Shown here: piece after piece, positions 24,831-38,865 of the stretch
Numbering within the stretch: position 1 is the stretch's first letter
How the letters are laid out: each line of letters opens with the position of its first letter
NCBI RefSeq assembly: GCF_000143415.4
Contig: NW_003314310.1
Coordinates: forward strand, 986,611 to 1,050,610
DNA length: 64,000 nucleotides
Direction of reading: 5' to 3'
Origin: Selaginella moellendorffii
Taxonomy: Eukaryota; Plantae; Lycopodiophyta
Position numbers and translations under genes: made by a program
Notes under the pieces: model-generated
The model's input: the letters and a program-made list of their open reading frames with translations, nothing else
What the model was told of the DNA's origin: nothing
Databases searched by the model: none

Positions 24831-26159
24831 TTTCAAAGCAATGCCAATTTTGGCCTTTGCTTAGGATAATAATTCAAAGTTGAAGAGATTAGAATACTCT
24901 TTCTTGAGCTAGTCAATTGCTATAATATAAAAACTGTTGGAGGGATTTGAGAAATAAAGGAGCAAAATAAAAATATTGAACAGAAACATTGATGGGAAGA
25001 CCAAAGTGATGAAAGTAAATGTAAAAAGAAATAAAATAAAAATAAAGGGAAGGAAAAAAAAATTTAAAAGTATGAAACAAAAAGGAAAAGTCTCAAATAT
25101 GCAATCCTAAAAACAACTTGCAGTAATAAAAGCTCAAACTCAAGATTGCTTACACTCACCACATATATACATTTGTATAATTGTTGAAAACTGATTTTAT
25201 TGTTAGTATAGATGATTTTGCCACACAATGCAACTGTAAATGGCAATGTGTGGCAACAAGCCAAGCAATAAAACATAAACCCACAAACCTTTATCAACTT
25301 TTATCATTTTATCATTCCAGACACCACAAGCCAAAATCCCTGCTTCATAAACCAGAATTCTGCAACAAGGAAATTCATTGCTCCATTTCTCCAAGAGGAT
25401 AGAGATGACACCTAATGTCTAAAGCACTATACCTCTAATACCATGTGAAGAGTCTCCATCTAACACTCTAAAGAAAGAGAGCAGCTAAAACCTTAAATTG
25501 ACTCAAGCCACTTAGCTTGACTCTAACAGTGGTAAGATAGGATGGCATTGGTGGCTGCCACATTCTCTACTTTGGTGGCAGGAAGACCCTTTATTCACAA
25601 TGTCTAGAGGGATGAGCATACCTATACATAGAAGCTGCTTAAACAAGCTATGGCATGCAATTTGTAAAAGGGTGAGTGTTACTGCAGCAAATTTCACTCA
25701 CAATACAGTGTCCATATGGCAGTTTTCTATTGGTTTGGCATTAAATGTCATTTGGATCCCTCATGGATACCCCATGGATGCTGGCCCGATGGGTTGATGT
25801 CCCCATAATATGAACAATGTTCTATACATAGATGCCACATATCATCAAGTTTGACCCCATGACATAGGGATTCATTAGGTCATAGGGTTTAGGAGATGCT
25901 TCCTTGCTTTAGTGCCTGGTCATGGCAGCAGGGTGCAAGCTGCCCCACTAAGAACCTAACCCTAAAGTGCGATGGAAAGCGCATGTTTCTTGGTAGCAGA
26001 TATTTGCTAGTGATTGGTTTTAAATGTTTTTGTGGGCAGTGTTGGAAGTGGCTTTGATTTACTACTCGATTGCTCTCTATAGACTTTCAAGTTCTTACCA
26101 TGAGTATAGTTCCCTCGCTAGTTTACTTCAAATTTCTGTCACTGAAACTTTTTCTTCTA

Positions 26160-27808
26160 GGTTACTGGAAGACGTGGAGGAAGACAAGATGGATGGCCTT
26201 CCATCCAATTTTAGTGATTCGGACTGCGGTTCCAGTATGGATAGTGACAATGATGCTCTCCTAGAGGTTTGCTTAGTTTCTAGCCTCCTAAATTCATGAT
26301 TTGCACGTTTCTAGGCTTTCTATAATTTTTTGCAATCGAGGGCATTTGGTAGTCCAGCTGCATTTAGCACTTGGATGCACCTGACGATCCTCAAGACTAA
26401 GACTACTGCTTTTACCTCGCATGCTATCTTAGAATTTCTAAGCCAACACTATACAAATACATACGGCTTGTCGATCTAAATTGTAGAGGTGTATATTACA
26501 GAGTACCACCCGAAGAAGTACTTCATCACGTTCAAAATAACAATGCCATGAATTGAGGTGGCACAAACTGGAGGATTATCAATTCTCAATCTAGCTGTCG
26601 AATTGGAGGATACTAGTTTAGCCAATGCCAAATTTGTGAGGCTTTAGCCACTCACGATCCTAGTAGGTTGGAACAAAGGCACATGACAAGGATTCGACAA
26701 TGGATTTATAGGAACGAGGAGGCACTTTGCCATATGGATTGTGAGTATTCTTTCATTTCTGTTTTTTTGTCAACACATGTGGTAACATGCTTATTGTAGC
26801 ATATTGCAAGCTTGTAAGCTATGGTTTCGATGTACATGCCATTATTTGCTGGGCAACTCATTATATTGTAGCTTGCGAGCTAACTACCTCCAAAGAATCC
26901 TATGCAATATTCAACACATATGCACAGGCTGTTCGTCGATTTGCAAGGCCCAAGCACATCCGAAGCGACAATGCTCCAAAACACAATGAGGTTGAGAGGG
27001 ACAGAGTCCTACAGCTAGGAGCTTCATATGTGGGACATCAACACATAACTAGGTACTCACAGCATTAAAGTTTTTCCAAATAAGGACTAAATCAAATTTG
27101 TTTTGCAGCCTATAAAGCATTTGTGGAGAGAGCTCTTTGAGTGTGTGGTGTGGTTTTATAAGCACCTTTTTGAGTCCATGGAAGATATAAGAATTCTCGA
27201 TGTATCTAATCCATAGCACAACTAGAGTCTATGTTGTGGTTTTGCTCCGTACCTCAAGAAGGATATTTCACATTGGGTTGCAACCTGGAACGTCCATGAG
27301 GTCCGTCCGTATTGACGTGGTGATTACTTTAAACCATCTTATGTTCCTGCAAACTTATTTCAACCGATGGAACGAGAGTTTGGGTAAGAATTTTGGTAAT
27401 GTTACAGAATTCTTTATTAATTGTGCTTTTGTAGGATTATGCTGGCTGTTGGTGGAAAAGATATTGAAAATGTTCCTGGACCATTTCTCTCCAATATCGA
27501 AGGTGCAACTCTGTCAAAGGTAATCTTTAGAACAAAAATAGAACAATTTCTTTAAATCTATTTTGTTGTTTTTAGCTACCTTACAGGCTCATGGCACTGT
27601 TCGAAACCAAGCATTTTTTATGCATCAGGAGGGACTCAACTTGGACGAACAATATCTACTTCATTTGGATCTAATAATGGAGTGTGCAATGGCTGATGTT
27701 GCAGGTGTAGATCTACCACTTTACATTGAGAGTGCCTTGCCTATAACAACACCAGTGAAGCAAGGAGTTTTGGAAAAATTATACTTGGCCATACTTGGAG
27801 AAAATTGA
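26160..27808 (+). pseudogene. Intron-containing DDE integrase/transposase (IS3/IS3EU-like core)
   Basis: LCHMD|..KLVSYGFDVHAIICWATHYIV..YAQAVRRFARPKHIRSDN..|IKHLWRELF..FYKHLFESMED.RILDVSN..WVATWNVHEVR resembles WHxD..KL..vHG.ID..P.RVR.D.G.EN..IERLWRDV..WN.H. The third catalytic E is mutated to K; several stops. Confidence 0.8.
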
Positions 27809-29305
27809 GTGTTTTTTAGTGTACATTTTAAATTTAAATTCAATTCTTGATTTCTTCAATTTTAGGGTTCCCACATTCGAGATTTGGGTTTACACCAAGT
27901 CCCACCCATATTAATTGTGCCTTGGATACGAGGCAATTTCATTTTATGACATGATTTTGTCGATGGTTCATTCGTTCTTCCAATTGATTCACGTCATTTA
28001 ACTGGAGGCAAGGCTTTTAATGCACACTCCCCCAATCGCAAGACCATCGCCCAAGCAAGAGCGCCACAGCTATGATGGTGGGTAGCTTCTCCTTGATCAA
28101 GTTTGCATAATCAATCCCTTGTGGTTTCTAGGTTCGAAGCAAGAATGCTGCACGCCTCAATACCAGTAGACACTATGCAGGAAACACCTCGTGAGCATGC
28201 AACTAAGCACTTGATGTTCCGCAATCGGTACAGCTAACAATCCTGCGAGACACATGCCAACCACTTGATTTTCCAAGCTCCACAACAAGGACATCAACTC
28301 CAACAACATCCCATCCATAGCTCTTGATTGCATTTGAGCAAGTAGAGTGCCACCTAACATTGCATACATTGCAACATATGCAGAACCTCTAACATGTTTC
28401 CTTCTCCTCACCTTCCTTGGAAAGTAGCAGCCCGAATGTCCAAAATGAGCAAGTCTGAATACCTCATGCCCACAGTGTTGTCCAATCTAGAATGTTGCCA
28501 CCAACACCAAGTATAAGACGTGCTCACGGAACCCCATATAGTGCCACTGCTACCAGCCCCACAACTCCACTAGCTGCTACTACTCTCGCAACTCCATCTA
28601 CTGGTACAAGTGTCAGTACTTGGCCATCTACCTCCCGAAGCAACAAGCGGTCTAGCTCAGTAGGTTTGTCATTTGTACCTATCTTTTTTCCATGTGTTGT
28701 TTTGCATAGGGTGAGTTGACAATGCCGCCACACTAGCAAGCTTATAGTTCCTCATCAGCATTCCACAACTACTCCCAAGGATCGACATCATCATTTAGTG
28801 GAGCTTCAACATCCAGATATATTCAAGCTGATGCTCAAGGTGGGCTGCCATGTGAGCCACAAGTATAACATGACCCTATGCACTCTTCATTTCTTTTTTC
28901 TTTGGATTTGTTTAACTCATTTTCGTTTTATTGTGCTAGACTCTCTCACCGCTTGTGGCTGTAGTGCACACCTATACCGATTACAATCGGTAGTCCTTAT
29001 TTTGTCATCGTGGACATCGTGGCAGTCAATCCAAAGTCATTGGTGGGATGTCACCTACGACACCCTTGGTCCCCCGCCCGTTCACCACAGTTCTTATCAC
29101 GAAGTGGATTGCAATCCCGAAAACTTTTTTGCACACTTGTATGGGCAGAAAAGATAGCCATCTGTGAAAGTGACGGAACTTGACGAGCTGGCAGTGGACC
29201 TCCCAAAGTGTCTCATATGGGGTGGCTTATACTCCAGTATTCCTTTCCAGCCCAGCACGGCCCAACATGCAATTCTACTATCACTCCAAGCCTCAAGAAT
29301 CCAAC

Positions 29306-31170
29306 TGTGAGACACAAAATCCCTAGGCCCCAAAGTGGAGCCGAAAGGGTGCCACGTGGTAGTGGCCAAAGTGAAAGCCAAATGAACATAACATGTTTGG
29401 ACTAAAAGCTCCGACTTGAAAGGTTGAGAGCGGGAGTGGAACTCCCAACGAAGTGTTCGAGGAACAAGCACAAAGCAAGCAATGAGTGAGTCTCTAGAAA
29501 AGGGACACAAGAGGACCAACACATGACACGTGGCAGAGTCCGAGATGGAGTTCGAGACGGAGTCCGAGATAGAGTCCGAGATGGACCCGAGATGGAGTTC
29601 GAGACAGAGTCCGAGATGGAGTCCAAGATGAAGTCCGAGATGGACCCGAGATGGAGTTCGAGACAAAGTCCGAGATGGAGTCCGAGATGAAGTCCGAGAT
29701 GGACTCGAGATGGAGTTCGAGACAGAGTCCGAGATGGAGTCCGAGATGGACCCGAGATGGAGTCCAAGATGGACCGAGACGGAGTTTGAGATGGAGTCCG
29801 AGATGGACCCGAGATGGAATCCGAGATGGAGTCCAAGATGGACCCGAGATGGAGTCCGAGATGGAGTCCGAGATGGACCGAGACGGAGTCTAAGATGGAG
29901 TTCGAGATGGAGTTTAAGATGGACCCAAGATGGAGACCGAGGTCGAGACTGAGACCGAGACCAAGACCGAGACTGAGACCGGGACCGAGACCAAGACCGG
30001 GGTTGAGACCGAGACCAAGATCGGGACCGAGACCGAGACCGAGACCGAGGCCGAGGCCGAGACCAAGCCCGAGCCCGAGGATGAGTCCGAGTCCGAGTTC
30101 GAGTCTGAGTCCGAGTCCGAGTCCGACTCTAAGTCCGAGTCTGAGTCCGAGTCCAAGTCTGAGTCCAAGTCTGAGAGGGTGAAAGCCCAAAGCGTTTGTC
30201 TCCCAAACCCTGGGGGGTTTGGTGAGCTCCAAAAGTATAGTGAGGGGGAGAACTGCAGTGGAGCCAGTTTGGCCAAGAAAGGCTAGTTTGGCCCAGGAAG
30301 GCTGTACCCAGTGTTGGGTGGTGAGCTACCCACTAGAAAGTCCAAGACTAGGGTGAACATGGACTGACAAGCAAGGTAACTTGGTGAAGTGTTCAAGAGT
30401 CGGCTCTAGTTCCCCTAGGAGATCGACTGGCTGATACTCCCAATCCAAGTGTGGGTGGCACTACATACTTGGATACTTGGCATGGCTCAACGGAACCTCG
30501 CTCTAAGCCCATGGCTAGAGCACCCAAAGGCGGAAGGCGAGAAGAGTACCCACGAGGCTCGCGTAAGGCTACAGTGTTCCGAAATGTTGCCCCAAAGTCC
30601 CAGACTGTGAAAAGGAAAAGGAGCCATCTTTTAGTGTGGAAGTCAAGGATACGGTTGTGTGAGGAAGAAGTCCCAGAGGACCGTAGGACTTAGTAGTCGA
30701 GCTTGTGGGCTTTGATCCAATGGCAATGTTGGCGAACACGGCCATGAACAAAAAGGGACATGGTGGGGACTAGAAAAGGGGTATTGGGGAAAGCTAATCC
30801 CCATGTCTGTGGGCATCCTAAGGATGCTAAGGAGTGGATTTAGGATGATCACTCATGGATGGATGGCCCAGTCCTTGAGAGACGGGACTGTGATGCAAGT
30901 GGTGTTAGACCACCGGTGTGACCAAGGTGAAGGGGCATGGCCTTAGCGTAACAGGTTGATAAGTCAATGGTACCTTGGGGTGTCGGTCATGGGATCAGAC
31001 ACATGGAGCACTTGGACCAAGTGCAAAGGTTGAGTGGCGGGGATGCTATTCTTGGGGCTAGCAAACCCAAGTCCAAAATAGGACTTATGGAGGTTGTGAG
31101 TGAGATTCCTCCAAGTGGTCAAAGGTGTGGTTAAGTGACTAAAGTAGAATGGAAAATTAAGTCGCTTACA
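29306..31170 (+). mobile_element. Solo LTR, family B
   Basis: TGTGAGAC...CTTACA with TSD CCAAC (29301-05, 31171-75). Homologous (inverted) to the LTR at 55741-57527. Confidence 0.92.
29538..30176. repeat. Tandem array (CCGAGATGGA[G/C]-type 11-12-mers, then GAGACC and GAGTCC hexamers) inside LTR-B
   Basis: Directly visible; produces spurious repetitive ORFs. Confidence 0.95.
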
Positions 31171-34100
31171 CCAACCTTCATCCATGACCAACCCAGAAGC
31201 ATTTGTCCAGCATGCAAGGCAGTCCAATGGTGGTGAGGCCCATGCCGAGTTTGCAAAATTTGGCCTCAGCTCTATCCGGCCTTGCTATTAGCCTCCTCAA
31301 ACATCATGGGGAACTATAACAAACAAGGCCAATAGCAACCAGGTAACAATAATATACCTATACAATATTATGGAGCATTTTATTGACAAACATTAGCTAA
31401 GTTATCAAAAACAGGCCCAAACATTCGAGGAGAAGGATGTTCGTGAACATAAGTCATTTTGTTTTTTAAGTTCCCTCCTCACAAATATATGTTGTGGTCT
31501 TTGCAGTTGTAGCTACTACAAATACCTTGACTGCAAATGATGATCCATTGGTGATAGAGCCATTTCTCCCAAGGCTAGCCATGCAAGAACTAAACCAAGA
31601 CGAGAATAATGAAGAAGAAGACTTTGTGGATGAAGAGGACATTCTTCCATTACCGAAAGATACTCTCCCCATACAAGACAACATCACTGGAGTCAAAGAA
31701 TAAGGTGATAGTGGGGATGAACCGCATCAAAGATCTCCGGAGAGATCCTTGTCACCAGAGATAGTGGCTCCAAGCCATGTGGCTAGTAAAAAGCATTAAC
31801 ATAAATGAATATTTTCTTCATTTTCTAATTTTTAAGTGCAGATAAGCCAATGGTAATGTATGACAGTGATGGCGGAGGCTTTGAAGACCATGGTGTGCTT
31901 CCACCCCCCTTTCTAGAGGGAAGTAGCTCCACTTCATTTACTCTTATGGAGTTGCTTGACAACTTTTCTATAGTAGAGTAAGATAATTGAAAATTATGCC
32001 ATTCAAAATTGAACTAACATTTGCATGTAGATTGTTTGAGCGTCAACAACAATAAATTGATGCTACTAATGCATTTAATGAAGTTGTTCTATTAACCACT
32101 CAAAATAATGACAACTTCATCATGCTGTAGCATGAGGAGGTTTCTACCTTACAGAATGCCACTACAGCCCTTGAGGCGAGGGCACAAGGGGATGTTGAAG
32201 TTCTCTCACAAGTGTAGTGGCTGAAACACAAGCTTCTTAGTTATTTTGGTGTGGAGAGCACAAGTGACAAATAGATGCTAGACGTTGTTGCTAGACACTC
32301 TAAGTTATATTGGGCTAGCGATGAAATATTTCTTCAGCGTGTGCTTTTTCAACCATGCCATGCTTCATTGGTAGGATTGAGAGAGTGTTCTCCTTAAGCT
32401 TGGCCTTTCAGAAGCGCAGTACGAAGATGTGTTTTGTGACAATACAATCCAACAACTCCTTGCTAAAGTAAGTATCAATGTGCCTTCTTCAATTATTGAG
32501 TCCACAATAGTATGGTTCATTAAAAAGAGGTATGTGTATCTATTTCTTAGCACTTAGTAACATTTTATTATTTTGTGCAAGGACCTACGTAGAAATTGGG
32601 TGGCTACACAACAATTAAGAGAACTATTTGACACTACTGAAACACTGTATTGTAAGTTCTCTCGTTTTTGCATCGAGAAAGCCATCCTTTGGCCATACAG
32701 ACTTGCTCGTACACGTTTGAGGCCGTCTCACATTCTGGTAAGCAATGGATTGCTTATGAATTGAAGTTCCCTCACTTGTCCTTCCAGATTACACCAAACA
32801 ATGAATTCAGTTGTTTCTAATTCACCTTCAATACTAATCTCTGCACACTGAATTATAAAGTGGTCTATGCATTTGAGATTGGAGGAGCTTTGGTGTGGGA
32901 GGAATCCACAATAGATGCGGGTGGGCCACATGCAAAAGCCATTAAGAAGGCTGTTCACCAAATTTCAGGATCGGTAAGTTTAATTTTCATTTGGCTCACT
33001 AGAGTAACTTTGTGTTACAGATGCATGGACTGTTTATGCTTAGGGAAGGAGCCACATATTGGCATCCCAGGATGCTAATGCATTTTAGGATGTTAGGACA
33101 AGAAGAGCGAGATGTGGTAAGTTAGGTTTAAAGCACAAGTTTTATATGCTCCTCATTTCTATATGCACAGGCTATCTTTGTGGGATGGTTGCTATTCCAA
33201 ATGTTCGAATGTAATGCACAGGTATTTCGCAGGTGTACAATTGCAATATTGGCAATTGCAGCCCGAGAAGTTCCAGATGAGAATGATTGATGACTTGCCC
33301 AAGGAAGACTATATGAGATGGACCTCAAGGCATACGTGCCGTATATCTGGAATGCACTTAACCAATTGCGAGGTGCATCAAGCCTAAAGGAGGAGGGCGA
33401 TGTGGATTCCATCTTAGAGAACCTTGCATTTACTGACTACAACACAGTGCTTGAGTCTAGACTCACCGAACTTGGTGAAGGTTATGAGCAAGTTGTGGAG
33501 GCATGCGTGGCTGTGGTGGTCTGGCATTACCTATTCATCGAGCCAAACGTAGTGGGATATTTACTCCGAGATGGCTTCCAACACTCAATGTGCATGGAAG
33601 CTCGTCAGAGGCCTTACAAGGGTCTAGCATTGTTAGGTGGGCTTTCACTCATTGGGAGAGATGCTTTGTTACAAGTCTTCCAGGTAAGGATGATCATTCC
33701 TTCCATGGAGTTCATCAACTGCCTAATCTTTGATCAGGACTTTGGAGAGAACTTCCACAGCTGGATTGTGGACATCATTCGAGGTAACTATTTACTTTCA
33801 GAAACAACTAAAACTCTTGTATGTTTGAACATTTTATAAATATGAGCCTGAAAGAGTTATCCAAGTTCCATCACTTTGTAGTTGATTCTCTAGAGCTCCG
33901 ACCGGGAGAGCCTATTTGGATCCACATTGAGAGACAGGGTACATCATCTACTCAATTTTCCAGGTTCTCCACATGCACACGAGAAGTTTTCTTCCCTTTA
34001 ACATACTTGTTAATGGAGTGGACCACAAGATCCATCGGGCACTCCAAAATCTAGAGAGTTTGTACGGATTGGGCTGATGTTGTGGAAGTACCATAATCTA

Positions 34101-34834
34101 GACACTTTCACAATAAAAATAGATAATTATTTTGAAATATGTTTCACACTTTTAAAGAGACTCTTTCTAGTTCATTGGCGAAGTTAAAGGTAAGAATATT
34201 TAAAATATTCCATAAATGCCCATTATAGGCACTTGCGGCCCTTTTGGCTTATGCTTGCCTCACCAAAGGTAATCACTATAGCTTCCAAAGTAGCTCCTTG
34301 TTTAGGATTTGGGTCAAAATTATTGAGTTTGGGTGCTACATGATGCCCATCCTCGCTTGAGGAACTCTCAACCTATTTCATAGTAGAATCAAAATCACCC
34401 TCTGGGTCTGTGAACTTGTCCTTGCTTGCATCTCGAGAAGTAACATATCCCTTGCTGTCACTTTCTTCAGCAAGACTTTTCCCCTCGGTGACTGGCACAA
34501 CATTAAAAGTAGTCTTGGGCTGCCTTGTTAGAGGGATTATCAAGTCTTGAGAAGAGGAGGCATCATATAGAATCCTTAGTCCTGTCCTTTGTTGGATCCA
34601 TTATTGTGCCTCAAAAGAAGTCATAGAATCCTCTCCAATTTGCCATGTCAGGAGGAAACCCAAAAACCTCAAACATTACAAAAGGGTTAGAGTATATAGA
34701 AAACTGTCACAAATTTACTTTTACCAAAGTGAGCATGAGCTTCCAATCTCTGAAAAATCCAATTCTTCAACCGTAGCGTGTAGCATACATTGGATAGTTT
34801 TGCCCCATGCTTGGAAACCCTTTTTACAAATTTC

Positions 34835-35108
34835 AAAATTTGAAATGATTATGATTGGAAAATATTGTAAGTGTCCATTGTTATTGCTCTTCTCACCTAA
34901 ATGTTACCACATGCAATTGCAACTTTCATATTCTCAAATCTCCTTTAGCATGCTCCTCTTAAGAGAACTCTAAGTCCAATTTGAAACAATTATAATTGGA
35001 AAATGTTGAAAGTGTCTTATGTTATCCTAAATGTTACTACATGCAATTGCAACTTCCACATTCTCAAATCTCCTTCAACATGCTCCTGTTGAGAGAACTT
35101 CAGGTCCA
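34835..35108. repeat. ~135-bp tandem duplication inside the TIR element
   Basis: atttgaaa..attat.attggaaaat.ttg.aagtgtc...gagaact occurs twice. Confidence 0.8.
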
Positions 35109-36012
35109 AACATTAACACTATGCACCTTTGTGTAGTATACAATTGAAGTATGAGCCCCACCAATTCATCGAATTGCTTAAACTTCAATCTACTTTTGAG
35201 TCATATGCAAATCTTTTAAGCATCATGGTACAAAACTAAAGTGTTAAGAGAGTTACATTGGAAATCAATGGCAACGAAAGATAAACTCAATGAGATGCAT
35301 TAAAGACATAACTCCAGACAATATATATCCATGGCTTTCCAATCTTTCAAATCTTTCCTTCTTTCAAATCAACTTGGAAAGATTGGAAACTCCATCTTCC
35401 AGATCCTTAGCCTAGATGGAGTTCACTTACACTTGCTATGAACACTATGTTAAAAGAGGTGTGCCAAAAAAGGATAATTTAGTTCTTTTGCCATGAGTGC
35501 CAAGAGCAAGATGTGAGAACATAGTGCTCTAGATAGGGTAGTATGGTATGCAATTTAGTCAATTGTCTATTTAGTTTGCAACATTAACAATTTGCTAGAA
35601 TGCATGGGATGAATGGGTCTATGGGCCATGAATGGCTCCATTCCATAGCATGGGTCATTGCTATGGGCATTATGCCACATCTGGGGCATAAGGATTGGAT
35701 ATTCCTAAAATTTGTTTTTTTCACACTCATAATACATGTGACCAATAGCAGGCATACACGTGGTGTGAGTGAAATCCACCGTTGTAAAATCCTTTTTTAC
35801 AAATTGCACACCATACAAACAAAATTGTGGTTAAGTTTTCACTTTTTGTCTCTTGTGTTTATAATTGAGTTAGTGGTCTAAACCACCGGATGAAGATCGT
35901 GCGGTCACTGACGATTCTAGGGCGCCACTGTCGGGTTTCACGATAGGGCGCTCTTGATCGCTCTCCGGATCATCGATTCCAGCGCGCAGCGGTGAGGGTT
36001 TCAACTAACGAA

Positions 36013-37675
36013 ATGGACGAGGAATTGGCCAAGGTGCAGGCTGAAATCGAGCGTCTTGAGCCGCAGATCCAAGCGGCTGGGGGATCTTTTCTCTCTGCCT
36101 TTGAGAGTGGCAATCAATTTCTGGCGGAATATTGGCAGAAGGAGGAAGAGCAGCTGCGGAAGGAAAAACAGCAGCTGCGGAAGAAAAAATTACAGCTGCG
36201 GAAGAATGAACTCCTCCTCCTCCAATGTAATGGTAAGTCATTCTTTGTGTATTTAGCTTTCCCCCTCGATTTGGGGCGTTTTGCTGTGTGTGTGGTTCCA
36301 TGTGGCTATGGCTGCTTTCGGCCATGGTTAAGGATTTTGCCAGAGGTAGCTTCAATTCGCTTTTATTTTGGGTTGCTGGAAGTGTGGCTATGGTGGCTTT
36401 TGGCTATGCTGCCGGTGGACGCATGCTCCCTTGTGGATCCTTGGTCGTCCTTGTATGGCTATGGCTGTTGAGACCCTGGTTTTTTCTTCTAGATCTAATA
36501 CTAACTTTGTTTTGTTCTGAATGTTGCAGTGCGCGGGTAAGCAATTGGGAAAGCCCTTCGTTTCCTTTCACATGCATCCCCATTTTCTGTCCAGTTCTTG
36601 GTATTCCATTTGTCCAGTTCTGGATGCTACTTTAATGCTGTCTGTCTAGTAATAGTTGGGTGTCTTCTCTTTGGGATGACTGGTATGTTTTTCGGCCTGA
36701 CACTAGAGTTTGCTCAGTTCTGCTCACAAGTCTGTGCATTCCTCCCCCTTGTTTGCTTTTCATATGTTTACTTGGTCATTCCGCGATGCCTTTTCTTTCA
36801 AATTTCGTCGCTGCTAATCTGGTAGCCCTCTCTGTCGAGTACCCCTTCGCCTCTCAGATCTGTGTTGCGAAATCCCTGACCATAACCACACATGGAAGAG
36901 ATGACTAACCGAGTTCTCCTCTCCCGCAGCAGCCTCTCTTTCACCCGGAGCAGCAGCAACTCTTAATCCCGGAGCGGCTGCTTTGCTTTCCCTGTCTGGT
37001 CATGGTTAAGGATTTTTGCTTCCTGAATCTGTTTCTTTCTTTCTGTGTGGATATCTGGTAATCTCGGTCATTCTCACCCCTGTTTGCCCTTTGGCTGTGT
37101 TTAATTCTGTGGCCATTCCTCCATAAACTTCGTTGTGCCTCTCACAGCACCAGCGCCACCACCAGCGGGACTTCGTCCAGCCGAGATTGACGTGCCTGGT
37201 ATGAATGATGTCTAGGGGACTGAAAGCCGTAATTTTTTGTGTCAGACAAGATCGCCTGGGCCAAGAAGCTGAACGAGAATCTGACCGGACACTGACTGGA
37301 CAAGCCATGCGACTTTTCGGGAGCTCCATACTCCCGCTTTCTCTGGAATGGAGTAAAACATACATGTACATGGGTCGCTCACTCTTACGGAGATAAAAAG
37401 TTTCGTATTGACCTTGAGACACGGCACTGACAACCTTCCTGGAACTCTGGGCTCTGGGAAGACCACTGCTCTTGCTACTGTGGCTGGATATCTTCTGCAA
37501 CTTTGGAAGAACACCTCCAAGAAGGTCGTCTTTATCAATGACGAATGTTTCATTGACAATCCCTCGAGGACAATTGTGGGTGGCTCTTTTGCTGAGCTAC
37601 ATAGACGACTTTCCAGCCGAGCTTTCATGCCGGGGGATGGACCTTGAAAGTATTAGAATTTTGGATCCTGATGCT
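36013..37675 (+). pseudogene. Crinkler-like gene copy 2 (header + truncated NTPase)
   Basis: MDEELAKVQAEIERLEPQIQAAG..; GTLGSGKTTALATVAGYL (Walker A); frameshifts. Confidence 0.7.
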
Positions 37676-37684
37676 GCAGATAAA

Positions 37685-37935
37685 TGAAGTGAGTGTTGTG
37701 GAAGATTTCAATCCTTGTCCCCCTCAGGATTTTCCAGAACTTGCTTAGCCAGAACATCTTTCAGGTACACTGGTTTCTTGCTCTCCTTCAAAGCCTTCTC
37801 TTCCTTTATTATCGGAAAACTTCACCTTTGGCTTGTACATATGCTGGGATCCTTCTTCTTGATCTTGGCTAGCATCTCTAAAATTAGTATCTTTGCAGCA
37901 CTCCATCCTCCAGTCTTCCTCATTTGATGGCAAAT
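37685..37935 (-). pseudogene. KRI1: KRI1-like fragment, copy 2
   Basis: Paralogous to 24545-24830. Confidence 0.65.
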
Positions 37936-38544
37936 ACAAGCCTACACTTTTTAAGCAATGTCAATTTTGGCCTTTGCTTGAGGATAATAATTCAAAGTTG
38001 AAGAGATTAGAATACTCTTTTTTGAGCTAGTCAATTGCTATAATATAAAAACTGTTGGAGGGGTTTGAGAAATAAAAGAGCAAAATAAAAATATTGAATA
38101 GAAACATTTATTGGAAGACCAAAGTGATGGGAAGTAAATGTAAAAAGAAATAAAATAAAAATAAAGGGAAGGAAAAAAAATTAAAAAGTTATGAAACAAA
38201 AAGGAAAAGTCTCAAATATGCAATCCTAAAAACCATTTGCAATAATAAAAGCTCAAACTCAAGAATGCTTACACTCACCACATATATGCATTTGTATAAT
38301 TGTTGCTATAGAAAATGAAAACTAATTTTGTTGTTAATATAGATGATTTTGCCACACAATGGCAATGTGTAACAACAAACCAGGCAATAAAAAATAAACC
38401 CACAAACCTTTATCAACTTTTATCATTTTTTCATTCCAAACACCACACACCTCATAAACCAGAATCTACTACTATAAGGAGCAAACGCCAAACTTTGTGG
38501 GCCGCCGGATCCAGCCAATCGGGGCCATCCGATGGGGGGTAACT

Positions 38545-38865
38545 GTAAAGGGGTTATTTCTTTAACCACGTGTTAGCGAATAATCGCGCTGATGTTTGCC
38601 CCCGGCCAATGGGAGGCGGCCAAGCCATGTGGGGCGGGAGAGGAAGGCCCAGCGACGCATGGCACATGCAAAGTGTTGACCGGAGATTGCTGCTCCAGGG
38701 CGTCACTCCGGGCAGGATCAAGTGGGTCGTGGCCCTTGGAGCGTGCTGTGGATCGCGATTTCTTCCGGTGGGTAAGCAAATCCACTCCCAAATGGTTGCT
38801 GCTGGCTGGGATTCGAGCTTGATCCTGTCTACTGCGCTGATTGACATGTATGCCACGTGTGGCAG
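38545..38865 (+). pseudogene. PLS-class PPR gene fragment (Helitron cargo)
   Basis: VVALGACCGSRFLPVGKQIHSQMVAAGWDSSLILSTALIDMYATCGS, continuing as L after the LTR insertion. Confidence 0.85.

Larger units (their letters stand above)
28060..34095 (+). pseudogene. Multi-exon HECT E3 ubiquitin ligase-like gene, interrupted by a solo LTR; 5' boundary approximate
   Basis: EESTIDAGGP (DAGGP at 32914-32928) matches the HECT N-lobe motif. SLKELSKFHHFVVDS..RFSTCTREVFFPLTY matches the C-lobe, with the catalytic Cys codon at 33974-33976. Low-complexity S/T/P and acidic exons lie upstream; multiple stops. Confidence 0.7.
25649..35815 (+). mobile_element. IS3EU-like DNA transposon (TIRs ~50 bp, TAT..ATA) carrying an integrase and a HECT-like gene
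   Basis: Left end tatggcatgcaatttgtaaaa..atttcactcaca; reverse complement of right end tatggtgtgcaatttgtaaaa..atttcactcaca. Flanks caagc (25644-48) and caaac (35816-20). The empty site cttaaacaaacaaaattgtgg is seen in sister tandem units (~48800, ~51782). Confidence 0.8.

Noticed and set aside
29402-30286. Long ORFs of GL/RP/SE repeats (also 56464-57800 and 59789-60110)
   Set aside because: They are translations of hexamer and 11-12-mer tandem arrays inside LTRs, open in several frames, with no protein signal.
34200-35450. Possible third, minus-strand gene in the TIR element
   Set aside because: It has a coding-like texture and possible splice sites, but no ORF or motif I can support.
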